A DNA stretch of 64,000 bases from Bugula neritina (Eukaryota; Animalia; Bryozoa). This document shows positions 41,126 through 54,410 of this stretch, piece after piece. A program made the position numbers and the translations under genes. Numbering within the stretch: position 1 is the first letter of the stretch; every line of letters begins with the position of its first letter. The notes under the pieces are model-generated. The model saw nothing but the letters and a program-made list of their open reading frames with translations, was not told where the DNA came from and did not search any database. The stretch covers positions 10,406,722 through 10,470,721 of the forward strand of contig OZ037766.1 in assembly GCA_964035545.1 (NCBI GenBank), in the 5' to 3' direction.

Positions 41126-42658
41126 GTCACATGCTTCAGCATCATGTTATATCAATTTTATAACTGCAGTGCGTTTAAGTAGGATGTGCATTGTAGGTGC
41201 AGAATCCGAATACATCAAAGAAGCTGTTTATAATACTCCACCGCTATGACTAGGAATACTAATCGTCCTTGTAAGTTGTATATACTAGAGATGTTATGTC
41301 ATTATAATATTCTTCAACTTGAATAACCGCACTGGTGAGTCACTGTTTTTAACCCTGGCTGTAGATAGTTAGATCTATTATCATGTTTATAAGACGATGG
41401 AAGATTATTCACGATGCCTTCCGTTATCATGAATAGGATGCATCACGCGCTTGTGAAGTGGGCAGTACAGCAGTATACTGCATAGCACGTACACTGAATG
41501 ACTAAATTTATTTTACTTACAGAAGTTAACAGACTAGAGTAGTAAAGTCAGCACCCTAGAGATCCGGATAGCTCTTAGTAACACAGGTTTGTCAATTTCT
41601 ATATGAGTTATCAGATACTGACAGCATCTTGAATAATAGTTATTTGTGTTACATATTTTGATGGTTTTGATGATGACTTGCCTTGAATTTCGTTTTGCCC
41701 AGAACACAAATTACTTATTTTGACAAGTCAAATGGTGTCTACATGGTGTCTATAGACTATAGAGCATTTTCACTGTGTCTATAGATTGTCTATACAATGT
41801 CTATAGTGATTAAAGTAAACCGAAGTACTGTGTTGTGAAGATTCAGGTATTATTATTGCTTGCTTGTGTCTTTGTTTTCCAACTTGAAGTTCAGTTAACT
41901 GTTATGAAAACTAACATTTGACAGTTCATTGCAATTGGTTTGCTGGCTGCACAGGATTGTGACAGCATAGATTTACTTTTAGCTTTGTTTTCTAAGAATA
42001 TAAGAATCTAGAACACAAACTACTCTAACTTTATCGAATTACTACATCTATCTATGTTAGGTTGATAACGGTAATAAATTGTTTTTAGCATTATTAGCAA
42101 AATGATTAAAGTGATTCCTATAATATATTATAGTACTACTATTAAAGATAGCCCTAATATTATATTATAGTACTACTATTAAATTATAGCACTAATATTA
42201 TATTATAGTACCAACATTATATTTTAGTACTAATATCATATTTTAGTACTAATATGTTGTAGCATTTTTTAAACTTTTTTGCAGCTTTTCTAAATCCTAT
42301 TTGTTATTTTTAGTTTAAAAAGTTTATGCTATCACTAAAATGGAATTTGTTCCAACTAGTCTGCATTCAAAATTGCCAGTGCTTAAAATAAACTATCTTA
42401 AGACTTCAGCCGAATGTTGAACCTGTTTTCAATCTGACACTTTTGAAAGGAAGTGTTACCTTGTGGGTTTTGGAAATCTAAACCTAGTGTTAAATCAGTG
42501 TACTTCATAAAACTGTTAAAATTATACAATGTTTAATCTGTAATACTAACATGTAATTCATACATTAGCAGTAATATTAAATTTTACTATAAGTCTAAGT
42601 TATTGGAATAGACATAATATGTTACTTGGATTCTCATCCTCTACTGTTCTGAAGTAAC

Positions 42659-43029
42659 TGCGTGCGTCAGTATTATAATTAGCCTAGGGCCACACGGTGC
42701 GTATTTTCGCATGCGAAAATTGAAATCACAAGTAGCAAAGGTGTCCACTTTCTTGGCCTATTGAATTATTCGTTCTCCTTTGTCTACTTTTCTTTTGTTT
42801 CTGTCAAGCTTAACTTTCTTTTATTTTGTCTGTTGGAACATTCTAGATGTGAATTCTTGTGTATAAAAGCAGGCGAGTTTCCAGTGTAGTTCAGACTACT
42901 ACTGGAGCTCGCTGGTAGTAGGACCCAAAGCTGTATTGATACAATAAAAGTTATCTTTCATTTGTACTCAAATACTTGGCTTGTTCTTTCTAATGAGCGC
43001 GTAGGCACTAGTTGCATTCATAACCCACA
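42659..43029 (+). mobile_element. Probable solo LTR
   Basis: TG...CA ends, TATAAAAG at 42862, AATAAA at 42943 and higher GC than the flanks; TSD imperfect (GTAAC vs GTTTA); only one copy in the window. Confidence 0.45.
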
Positions 43030-43306
43030 GTTTACTACACTATATAGTTATTTTATTATTGCTCTTTTCTACTAGTTGGTACAGCATATTATTGTGACTG
43101 TATGACATATGTGCATATTGTCCGAAACAACAAAGATAGTAGTCACATGTACTGAGATAAGCTACCTGGGGTGAATGGTGCCAAGCACATTGAGCGAATT
43201 GGAAATTGGAATTGGAAAATTTTTGTATAAAGTTCTATTGACAAATGCTTTCGTGGAAAAAGGACTTTATAATATAATCAGCATAATGTAGTGCTGAATT
43301 TACCCA

Positions 43307-43378
43307 GTGACCTTGTAGTGTAATTGGTTAGCGGCGCCTGCTTTCAAGCCGTTTGTGGTTCGAATCCCAGTGGGCACA
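43307..43378 (+). pseudogene. tRNA-like sequence (tRNA pseudogene or SINE head)
   Basis: A-box TAGTGTAATTGG, B-box GGTTCGAATCC and a partial acceptor stem GTGACC/GGGCAC; the anticodon stem is broken. Confidence 0.55.
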
Positions 43379-45123
43379 AAAGGTTTACACATAAGTTACT
43401 AAAAAATCAAGATCTTAAGAGTACAAATGTGAGAGTGAGGCTTGCCCAGTAGATCATACTGCTAATTAACCAAAAACTTTTACTGAAACACTCTATAATA
43501 TACTAGAAACATTATAACTGGATTATATTCATTTTATCAGTATTGTAATATTTGGTAGTCTCAATAAAGAATGAGTAGTACCAGCATTATACAAGTGGAG
43601 CAGGTATGTTATGTTGAAGGATTCTAGCAAAGCTGTGTGCTGCACATAGTTTTCATTCTCTACAAATAGTAAGAGCTAATGTATTTCTTGTTAGGATTGT
43701 ATGCTAAAAATATCTAACGTGACTAGCTATGCTGCTATAAATAACCAGAGTTGTGGTTTTTAAAGTTCAGTAATTTAGTTAGACCCACACACAAAAGGCA
43801 GCAGTGTAGAGAGTTTTAACTTGAATTTATAATAATTTTTGGTTTGAAGCATAGCCTATGTATCTCCTAGTCCGCAACTTTTCAAGCTACTTAGTTTAGC
43901 TAGAGCCAGGTGCTATAAACTCTGTAATTTCGCATCTAATTTAATTAGTTTTCAGTGAAAAGTTTAATTTTAGTTAAGCAGTTTTAAATCCTGATCAAAT
44001 TATTATATGCACATGACTTTTTATAAAGCTACAACTGTTATGTTTTAAACAAAACAATAATTGTGAAAACTGTTGTGAAAAATTTGATACATTTGAAGAC
44101 GGTAAGTAGCTAGATTTTATTGAGAAGATAACTCTATGGACTTTATGGACATTTTGCAAGCTTTCACTCACTCTTCATGTTCATGCCACTTCTAGTTTGC
44201 ATGACTCAAACCAAACTGCTAGATTAGTGAATGGCATAATACACTAGTTTTCAAGCTATGCAAATCTTCAGTCTTTTATTCATTATATGAAATGGAATAA
44301 AACCACAACTACAAATTCATCACATGAGCATCCCATCACAAAGTCATGGAAACCCAGTGATGGGAGCTTGCTTCTAATATTTAAATAGAATATGCATTTA
44401 TAAACTAATGCAATACACAGGCTGTGTAAGGTTTTATAATGTATTAGAATTTAGATGCTAAAATTGGAAGAACAGGCATATTGTGTAATTTTTTATAAAA
44501 ACCTTTATTTTTGCATAACTGGCTATTACAAAGCTGCTTAGAGCTACTTGCAATGTTATCAAGTATCAAGCTTAATCAACAGCCCTCTGAAGGTTGGTCT
44601 AGCCAGTTCCTAACTAACAAGCACTGATAGGTTCTGGGATCTCATGACTTAAGCTTAATATTAGATACAGATATCAACAGAAATATTTACAATTATAACG
44701 GTGCCAATAAACTATGGGAATGAATATAGCATGAGTGCAGAAAAATTAATATAATTGGGAGTAAAAAAAAAATATATTTTTTGCCGTTTAGGTGCTTTAT
44801 GCTCACTAGAAAAATGATTCAATAAACATTAAAAATCGCTTTCATATCTATATTATACCATAAAGCTCCTGAACAATCTAAGTTTTGAAGTAATGACATA
44901 ACATTTTGCATTGATTAACAATTGTTTGAACTAAAGCAAAAATTTCTTGTACTTGTAGATTTTTTTCCAAATTTAATAATGTTCAATAATTTAGTAATGT
45001 ATTTTTAGCACATTATTAATGACATTATATGTTTAAAAAATTTACAATTTTCCGAACTTAATTAATTAATTAGAAAAACAATAATACTGTGTGTAATATT
45101 TCAGGTTTTCTTGCAGTGCTAGG

Positions 45124-48100
45124 ATGGAGGGGAACAATCCAGCCCTTGTGAGTGAAGAGACAGCACACAGTGATGTAGAAGACAATTCTGGCAGCGGACA
45201 TCAAACAGAAGTTAATGACAATGCTAGCATAGCAGCTTCTGATAACAGCTGTGACAGTAGGGGTAGTGACGCGAACCACAGGGAAGATAGTAACTTTCCA
45301 GACACTAACAGCGTGGAGAATAATGACAGCAACTGTAAAGATAATGAGGCTAAAAAAACTAAAAAGAATAATTCTTACACTAGAAAGCAGAAAATTATTC
45401 TTATCTCTGCATTTATTGGACAGTTTTTCTCTAATGCTTGTGCTTCTCTCCCTGCCCCATTCCTTCCTAAGCTGGTGAGTTAAATTCCTGATTGATATTT
45501 GAATATATTTTATTTTCTAATCTGTAAGCTGACCATTACATTGCGCAATATTTAAATTAAAGATTTTGAAATTATATATATACGTACTTTGTGCGAAATC
45601 CGATGAAATAGATTATGATGCCCTATAGCTGTATGAAAACCAAATTTCTTGTGCATCTCAATAAAGTTACCAATGGCTATACATACAAGTCAGTGTGGCC
45701 ATCAGGTGAACAGACCTTCACCTTGAATAGTAATATTTAGTCAGCTGGCAGTTATGGATTGGATTATGAAAAAAGATAGTCCTACTAAGCCTAAGTATAC
45801 AATAACACCCTCTAAAATATTATTCAAATTTGTAAAAATGGTTGTAGACTGAAAAATGTTTTGGCTGAAGGCCTGGCTACACACTAGTGAGAATCACACG
45901 AAATCGTCTATTTGACACGAAAACACAAACGTACGATCAAATTCGAGGAAACTCAAACGAAATTGTGTTCGCTGGGTGCACCCACCTAAGATGATGGAAC
46001 AAAAATTGCAATTGACGATGAGCACTAATTGATTAGTCAATAGAATTTTAGCAACAGTGATTATTTCATTTCTTCAACGTTTCTGTGTCTGGCAATTTTC
46101 TGCTGTTTGTATCTCAAGCAAGACTCATTCACGGACTATTTATCATGTGTTTCGTCTGACTAGCGTGTGGCTGGTCATAACGAGAGGATAACTCACGACA
46201 ATATTCACACGATTTTTGTGATTCTCACGAGAGTGAGGCCAGGCCTTTAATCTTTATATGGAAGAATTGTAGAAAGCTGGTTTCTATCTTTAAAATGTGC
46301 ATTCGTTTTTATAACACACTACCTATGTTAATCGACACCATTAGGGTAACTTGACAGCCCATAGTTTATATAATATATTGGTATAGATGGTTATTGTGCG
46401 GATTATATTTTTAGAATGAGCAGCACAACATTAATTCTGATCTCACTGGTTGGATACTTGGGCTATTCTCTTTGGTACAGCTATTTGTATGCACTATATC
46501 TGGCAGACTGGTAAGTTGTTCCTATCTTGCTTGTGTCTTTGGTCTATAGTGTATTGATGTATGCCAGCATTACTACTTGTGGACAGATGCTGTTGCAATG
46601 TCACTGTACTGTGAAAGTGGTGTACTTAGATATAATTCTGGTGAATGGCCTAGCTTGACTATATACTATTATGAATTATGATGACTGCTAAAGTTTACAT
46701 TATATTATGCTAACACTCTAAAAATGTACAGAAATGTCCAAAGTGTTTTCTCTTTGAAAAATCTAAATTAGGGAAAAATTGCATGAATATTGTGTAACAA
46801 ATACTAATAGAAGACGTCAAGTCAATGATATAAGTAACTTACAAATACTTGAAGGTTTTTCATGCATCGATTGTTTTGCTATTTTTCTCTTATTGTAGGT
46901 TTGTAGTTACTCACCTAATTGCTTCTGTTTTGATTTGTGAGCACCTAAACTTTTAATACAATTGTTTGAATAATCTTAGCTTTGCTATAGTTAGTATACT
47001 ATATTATATTATATTATGCTATATTGTATTAAATTATATTATATTATACTTATTATATTATTATTGCCTTATCACAACACAAGGCTATAAAACTACATGG
47101 TCTACCAACAGAAATTATTGTTAAAGAGTCACTCTAGATGTAACTCCTTTCCTTTTTTGAATATCTTGAATCTAATTAGTTGGAACTTTCCGTTACAGCT
47201 AAGCAAAATAGGAATCCACACTGCAGTTGTATTTGGGTTATTCTTCTGTGGAGGAGTGACAGCAGTGTTTGGTTTGCTTGAATACGCCACTCTACCCGAC
47301 AGCGAAGATGACACTATAGATGTCACTTACCTCATTCTAGCCATAGTTTTAAGAATTGGACAGGCTATTGGGTCAGGAGTGTATATCACAGCATCTATGA
47401 CTATGCTCTCCATAACCTTTCCAGAAAATACTATAGCAGTCATGGTAAGCAATAGACTTCTTATAACGAAAATAAGTTGCTATTGTTGGACAAAGTCTAG
47501 TCAATTGTCAAACAAAAATATTGGTTAAAAACCTATGAAGTGTAATATATTGGGTTTTGGAGGTTTTATGCAAGTGAAGTGTCTGGTTTGAGTCAATAAT
47601 ATTTTATTTCCTCAACTTAATGCCTTTTAAAACCTTTATTCATGCACTTTGTTTGTAAAATAATACGTAGTTGTTACATCATGTTTTATCTGTTTTTGTT
47701 AGGGTTATTCTGAAACTATTATTGGCTTAGGGTTTATGAGTGGACCAGCAATAGGTAGTGGACTTTTCAAGGTATGTTAAAGCATTAGTATGTGATTTAT
47801 TATACATTTTCAATGCATGTTTTTATTGAAATGAGCTTTCAATAAACTCCAGACTGGCTAGTAATGTGGTGGAGACAACTTGAAACAGACTCTAGTTTAA
47901 AGATGAACATTGAGATTATTACCAGAGAACCTGCTCTCTTCAAAGTTGTTAAATCAGTTAGTTAGAATTTTATAAGCATATTTGTACGTTCACAGTTATA
48001 TCTATATAAAAATATTATTGAAGCTAAAACTTTGTGCTATTATTAGAAAGTTTGTTGTATCATTTCAGCTCGGAGGTTTCATGCTAACATTTGGTGGCCT

Positions 48101-51100
48101 TGGTGGGACGATGGTAGCAGCTTCTGTGGCTTTATGGTTCATATTACCTTTTCGAAGTTAGTGAGCTCAAAATCATTCACTAATTGCTAATACAAGAAAT
48201 GCTATTTAAATCTTTGAGTGAAATTTTAATTTTGGTTTGCTAAATGTAGTTTATTTTATTATGCTAAAATCCTTGACATTAATGGACATCAAGATACCAT
48301 GATGGTTAGGATTTACCAGATGCCATGCCATTATTATAATACAGTAAATATTGTATCAATTATAAAGTTATCAAAACTATATAATAGTTATCAAAACTAA
48401 ATATAATAGAGAAATGAAATGCAAAATAAACAAGCCTGGACAACTGAAATTTGCAGCGCCATCTTTTAAATCAAAATTGGATTTGTCAATCTTGGCGATA
48501 TAAAACTACAGATTAGAAATCCAATTATTTCATTTAGTTTTTAAATAATCCTTACGTAATTTTTTAGTCCAAGCAACTGATGGAGAAGGAGAGGAACAGG
48601 GTTCTATGTTGAAGATTTTTTCCAATATAAATATAGTTTTGTCCTTAATTCTTGCAACCAACAGTGCAATTATGTGGGCCAGTCTGGACCCAGTGCTTGA
48701 ACCAGAACTTCGAAATAAGGTATTCTAGCTGACGTCAGCATCACATACTCAGTGTTACATTATATAGTAAAAGTCAGCCATTGACTGTAATAATATTAAC
48801 CCAAATCAGAAGCTGCAACTGTTTCCAACCTATATAAGAAAAAATAAATAAATTTTAAGTAAGAGAAGGAGCATTTCTGATATACTTTTATTCCACATAA
48901 TTTCCTGTTTTATTTAGTGCTGCAAAACGTATTGCTTCTAATTGAGCTGTAAGCGCTGATTTTCTTCTGGCACTTGTGTTCAACAATATTATTTTAAAAA
49001 TGTTTGCTACACTAAATTGGGGCTCATGGAACTAGTATCATTACATGTTGTATACATTAAAAGCAACTTGGAGTGATCCTCCCTTGTTATAGTACAAATC
49101 AATTAAATAGATAAAAAGGTCAATAATACATAAAGCAGAGAATCTATATTTTGGTGAGAAAACTAGTTCAAAGTGCAACATTATAGTATTTAGAATTTAT
49201 TAAAGCTTAACATACAAGATGTCAGCCTATAGACTGTTTTTATGGTATATTGTATGCTTTGCAAAAATAATGAGTGTTTGTTGATTACATATACATATGT
49301 TTGATAAGTTTACAAATTTTATATCTATAAGTTCAAACATTGACAGTTTAGCTAAAAAAGAAATATTATTCATTTAGGTGCTTCTTTTTATCTTATATAC
49401 TTTGCCCCCATCTATTATAGTACTAGTTAAAACAATGAAAACAGACTGATGAACTCAGCATAGAGTAATTTTAGCATTAAACAGTTATGCATCTAATTCC
49501 TGAACTCTAAGTATAATGGACCCCTTTACAATTAAGAGTTGTGTTCTCCCAAAGTGAATAGGTAGAACCTTTGTATAAAGAGCAAACTCATCAAAAGTTT
49601 AAAGTTTGGCTGCTACTTAAAATTTTAATTATGCTATAGAATTGTTATTTTAAGAGGTAAATATTTTGGTATAAGCACACATATTAGCAGTTCAAAAAAT
49701 ATTTTAAAAATATTTCTTCATGGATAATTTTGACAGAAATAAACTTGAAAGGATTTTTGTGGTTTTGATTACCTGAGCAATGCTGATGTGGCACTTCAGC
49801 ATTGCTCAGTAACCAAAACCACAAAAATGAGTTCAAGTCTATTTTGCTCAACAAATTTCATTTTGGAAGACCACAACTCTTAATTGTAAGGGGGGACATT
49901 GGGGACCTCTGAAAAGGGTCTATTGTTAGTGCATCCATGTTTGTGTTGCTATTTTTAACTTTTATTTTTGCTATTTTTAGTATGGTTTATCTCAAGAACT
50001 TAGTGCCCTCATATTCCTTATTCTGACCGTTGCTTACACAATCACTGCAACAATCATTGCTAAGGTGCTGGACAAGTTTGTAAGTGTTTATTCAGGTTAT
50101 ATAATTATGTACTAATAGAAAATTAAAACCTGGTATAATTATTTGATATTGCATTATAATTTTGTTTAAATTTCTTACATCAAAAGTTGTAAAAAATGTC
50201 TGATGTGTAACTGATATGATTATCAGATGAAATAGAAGTAGACCTGGTAACATTTTGCATGCAATCTAGGACCAGTGATATTTAAAAATCCTAACCTAAC
50301 CATTATAATAGTCATAGTAACGTGCCTTGTGTCATCATATTGTAACAGCTCAAAAAATCATAAAGTATTTTTGTCAAATATTATTGATTTATAAAGCCAT
50401 AACTTGTGCATCACAGATTATATATAAACTTACGCACATGTGTAGATTGTTACATGAAAATGTAAATTAGATAGCCATCTCAAAAAAGTTGGTGTAGGGT
50501 TCAAATTCAGCCATATTATGTTGAAATTTTATGTTTTAGAGAAATGTGGATACTTTGTATGTTTTGATGTTTGGATTTCTGCTGTGTGGAGTCAACTTTT
50601 TATTTATGGGACCAACACCTCTTATTCCAGCACTGCAAAGGTGCAAAATAAATTATCATTCACTGATTTTTAATTCAGACGCATCGTCAAACAATTAATT
50701 CATCGATCTTTGATATCATAGATGTTGTTACCAGAGTTGTCTACTACTTATGAACGCATGCATGTTGAAAAATTCAATTTTATTTCTCTACTTGCTGCTA
50801 CTTGTACTAGACTAAGCTGCCATAAGTGCTCAGTGTTTCCATTCAGTTACAAATGAACAGACATATAGTGTCCAGATTTACTGCTATAGAAGCTATTTCA
50901 TTTAAATTTCTGATATAATTTATTTAGTACCATGCAAATCTAAACTAAACATTAATGTTAATGTATACACAGGTTGTAAGTTAAAGAAAGTAAAATTAAA
51001 ACATAATATATTGTCATTTTACTATAATCATCACAATTATCGTAATAGTTCTTATACCTCCCTCACCACTCATCCCCTCTCCTCCATAATCATCACAAAT

Positions 51101-52104
51101 CTTATAATATTGCAGACCACTGTGGCTGTTGCTGGTCACCATTGCAATGTTGGGCATATCCTTAGGATTTGCATTAGTACCATCCCTAAACCTTTCTTTT
51201 GGACAATCAGATGAAAATGGTAAAGCATACAGCACTTCGACTACAGCTATGATTTCAGGGCTATGGAGTGGTGCCTATGCATTTGGGTGAGTTAAAAATT
51301 GTATGATATTTTATTGGGCATACTATGTGCTTATGTAGCTCGCTTGTTACATTATTTGTTTGCAATGAGCAGTATATATTATTATGTTATGCAATTATTA
51401 AACTTAGGGACAAATCTAAAAATAACAAAATTCTTCACTATTTTAGAAATAATCACAATTTTTTTTACTTTTTCCTCAGTCACGCAGCTAATTTTATATT
51501 TTATGAAACCTAGCTTTTCCAAAATTGGTAGTTTAAGAGTTGTGTGCACATATGTCATAATCTTTCAAAATAGCATGGGACATCTAACTGAGTTATTACT
51601 TTGTGTCAATTTCACTTTTTATTTCTTTGAAGCTGTCTACTTTAGATTCATTATAATATTTATATGCAGGAAGCAGTAAATGAAACTAAACATTACTTAA
51701 GGTGTAGATTACGGGATAACTAATATATAAGAAGTAGTGACAAATGATACATTGTATTTTTCCCTTTAAATTGCAATTTATGTAAATAATTTACACTTTT
51801 TAACATTGTGTATATCAGATACAATTTATTAAAAAACTACCACCACACATATTTACCATTTGATTGGATTTAATATTGCAGAGATTTCCTTGGACCAACT
51901 GTGTCTGGAGTCATCACAGAGAATGCTGACTTTGGTTGGGCGATGACTAGTTTCGCATTTTTATGCTTTGTTTGTGTGTTAATGACATTCATTGTGAAAA
52001 TGTGTAAACTAAAAAGGAAGCCATCAAAGAAAAGTTTAAATATAAACACAGTGATTGTGAACGAAGTGTTGAGTGATGATGATGTTGAACCTCTAATACC
52101 TTGA
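45124..52104 (+). CDS. SLC18B1: MFS transporter, SLC18B1/VPAT-like, paralogue D, 10 coding exons, ~531 aa
   Basis: Exons 45124-45474, 46415-46510, 47199-47444, 47703-47771, 48069-48156, 48568-48719, 49981-50079, 50540-50640, 51116-51286, 51882-52104; long acidic N-terminal extension; exons 9 and 10 of A/B/C form a single exon here. Confidence 0.88.
45869..46246. mobile_element. MITE with ~30-bp TIRs (possibly PIF/Harbinger-type), in intron 1 of paralogue D
   Basis: AGGCCTGGCTACACACTAGTGAGAATCACA ... TGTGATTCTCACGAGAGTGAGGCCAGGCCT; flanks TGA/TTA. Confidence 0.7.
49515..49900. mobile_element. Degenerate foldback/MITE in intron 6 of paralogue D
   Basis: Outer inverted repeat CCCCTTTACAATTAAGAGTTGTG / CACAACTCTTAATTGTAAGGGG plus an inner hairpin at about 49737-49843. 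Confidence 0.7.
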
Positions 52105-53339
52105 CTTTCTACTCATAATTCTACTAGTCGATAAACCATTTTTATATTGCAATGGATAATCATTTGTGCAATAATCGTGAGAAATTATAATGCCGTTATT
52201 GATACAGCAGTTTTAAAAATATTATTGTTATTCATTTATAATAGAGCATTTTGTTTTGAAGTATTTTTATAACTTGCTGTTTAAGCTTACAAAATTTGCC
52301 AATCTTTGAATATGCAGTATCAGTAACTTTCAGTAAGTTTGCATATCATGTATTATAGTTATTAACTCATACAACCAATCATGTATGTAATCATTTGAAT
52401 CAAAAGATCTCAATAGTTACAGTAAAATGAATGGCAAAGCTAAATGAAAGCATGATTAGTAGCTAGGATTATACTGCTCCTTATTCTACACTGATATTTG
52501 GTGCTCTGTATACTATACCAGGTCTATGTTACATATAAGTATGATGATTGCTACTACTAAATACTAAATAGGCAGGTTATTACTAAATATACATGCCAGT
52601 ATTGCTCAATTGATTTTACTATATAGAAAATACATGCTATTTTTTATAAGAGCTTGACTCACTCAGAACCTTTTGTTCAAATTTGATATAAAATAAACAT
52701 ACTTATTGGAGTTGTCGTCTATCAATCCTATTTATTAGAGAAGCTGCCTCTCATTGAAATATTATAACAGTGTTGCCTCCCTTGAGTTATTCACTGCATC
52801 CTTATTATCAAATTTGGTTTCAACCGAATTTTTTCATGAAAATTATAAAATATTATAATTATTAAAGAACTGTTATGTTTAGGTGAAATGGCAAAATATA
52901 TAGAGTATTTAATGCTCTAATTAGATTTGATACTCGTGCTTCTAATTATATTGTATTAAATATTATTGCATGATGAGAACGTCAACTGCAGAACCATATA
53001 GTATGCTGCGCATCTCAATTTACCTGCAACACACTGCCGTATGTCATGTTATTCGCTTTCAGCAGTAAACATTCAAGGCTGACAATCAATTTGCTGCCTC
53101 TACATTGCACAATATTAGCACGTGAGTGATGAGGTGAAATTAGTGGAAAGTTGGTTAGTGCAAAGGGTTAAAGATAATATATATACATCACTCTGGATTA
53201 GTAATTAACAGGTTTCGGTAGTCTGCACGCGCGCTTAGCTTTTAAAAGGGAAGATAACTCTATTGGTATAGGCTCCAGTTTGGCGAAGAGAACCTAATAG
53301 CATAATATTATGTTCATTTTGATTTCGGCAGGTTGAGCT

Positions 53340-54410
53340 AATGAATAATATCAGTATCAGAGTCACTATGACTATGACTATCAGTCCATCACTATGGACA
53401 TTGGAGTAGTTTCTCATAATTAATAGTTCAGTGAATGACATGAAGACAAGGTAAACGTTGTCATGTTAATAATTAATCTAACTATATAGTATATACTAGT
53501 ACTAGTAGTAGTACTTATACTTATACTTATAGTTATAGTAATATTAATAGTAATACTAATAGTTATACTTATTAACTAACTTATTATCGTATACTTATAC
53601 TTATAGTATTTATATTCATTATCATATTGATATTCATATTGTAATACTAATTCAATTGTAAATAGTATAATTTCGAGTAGAACTAGAAGATCAAGATCTG
53701 AGACCAACTTCAAGTTGAAGTTGATGATGAAGATCTAATACTTAATATTATTATTAATACTAATAGTAATACTAATAGTAATACTGAGTAATAATAAATG
53801 TAATACTAATACTAATAGTAGTTCAATGAGTGATTCTCTTCAGTTTCAGATGTTCATACTCACAGTCATTGTAATTAAATCTTAATTATCATTATAGTTA
53901 TACATTTAACCATTCTTATCATCATCACGATGTTTATTATTATTTTAAGTAATAATATAATTCATATCCATTTTCATAGGCTATTGCTCTACTGTATTCA
54001 TACTCGTACTTCTAGTTATTATTTATTAGTTATTTGTTATTAGGTTTAATATTTATTAGTATTACATTTACTTTTAGATTTACTGATAGTGATATTCATG
54101 CTCATTTTGATTCTGATACTCACACTGATACTCATACTTATACTTGTAGTTATAGAGTTATACTTCTAGGTATACTGTATTAGACTTAGTGTATGAGCAT
54201 CAGTGTGAGCATGATATTGATGCTGATAGTTATAGTTATACGTATACTTATAGCTATACTTGTAGCCATAGTGATACTAATCAGTGATTGTCATAATATT
54301 AATATAGATATAAGTATAAGTATAGCTGTCAGTGTCTATAATACTAAGTATTAGTAATACTATTACTATTAGTATTACTATTAGCATTAATACAAGTATT
54401 ACTATTAGTA
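53340..54410. repeat. Cryptic 6-bp-periodic low-complexity tract (TNA-NNN)n at the inferred 5' end/first intron of MFSD5
   Basis: For example TGA TTC TGA TAC TCA CAC TGA TAC TCA TAC TTA TAC, and TCA GTA TCA GAG TCA CTA TGA CTA TGA CTA TCA. Confidence 0.75.

Noticed and set aside
43307-43378. Possible tRNA-Sec (TTCAA in the loop region)
   Set aside because: No long variable arm, no proper anticodon stem and no similarity to the metazoan tRNA-Sec body.
53015-53171. piggyBac-like end GCAAAGGG|TTAA
   Set aside because: No convincing matching left TIR.
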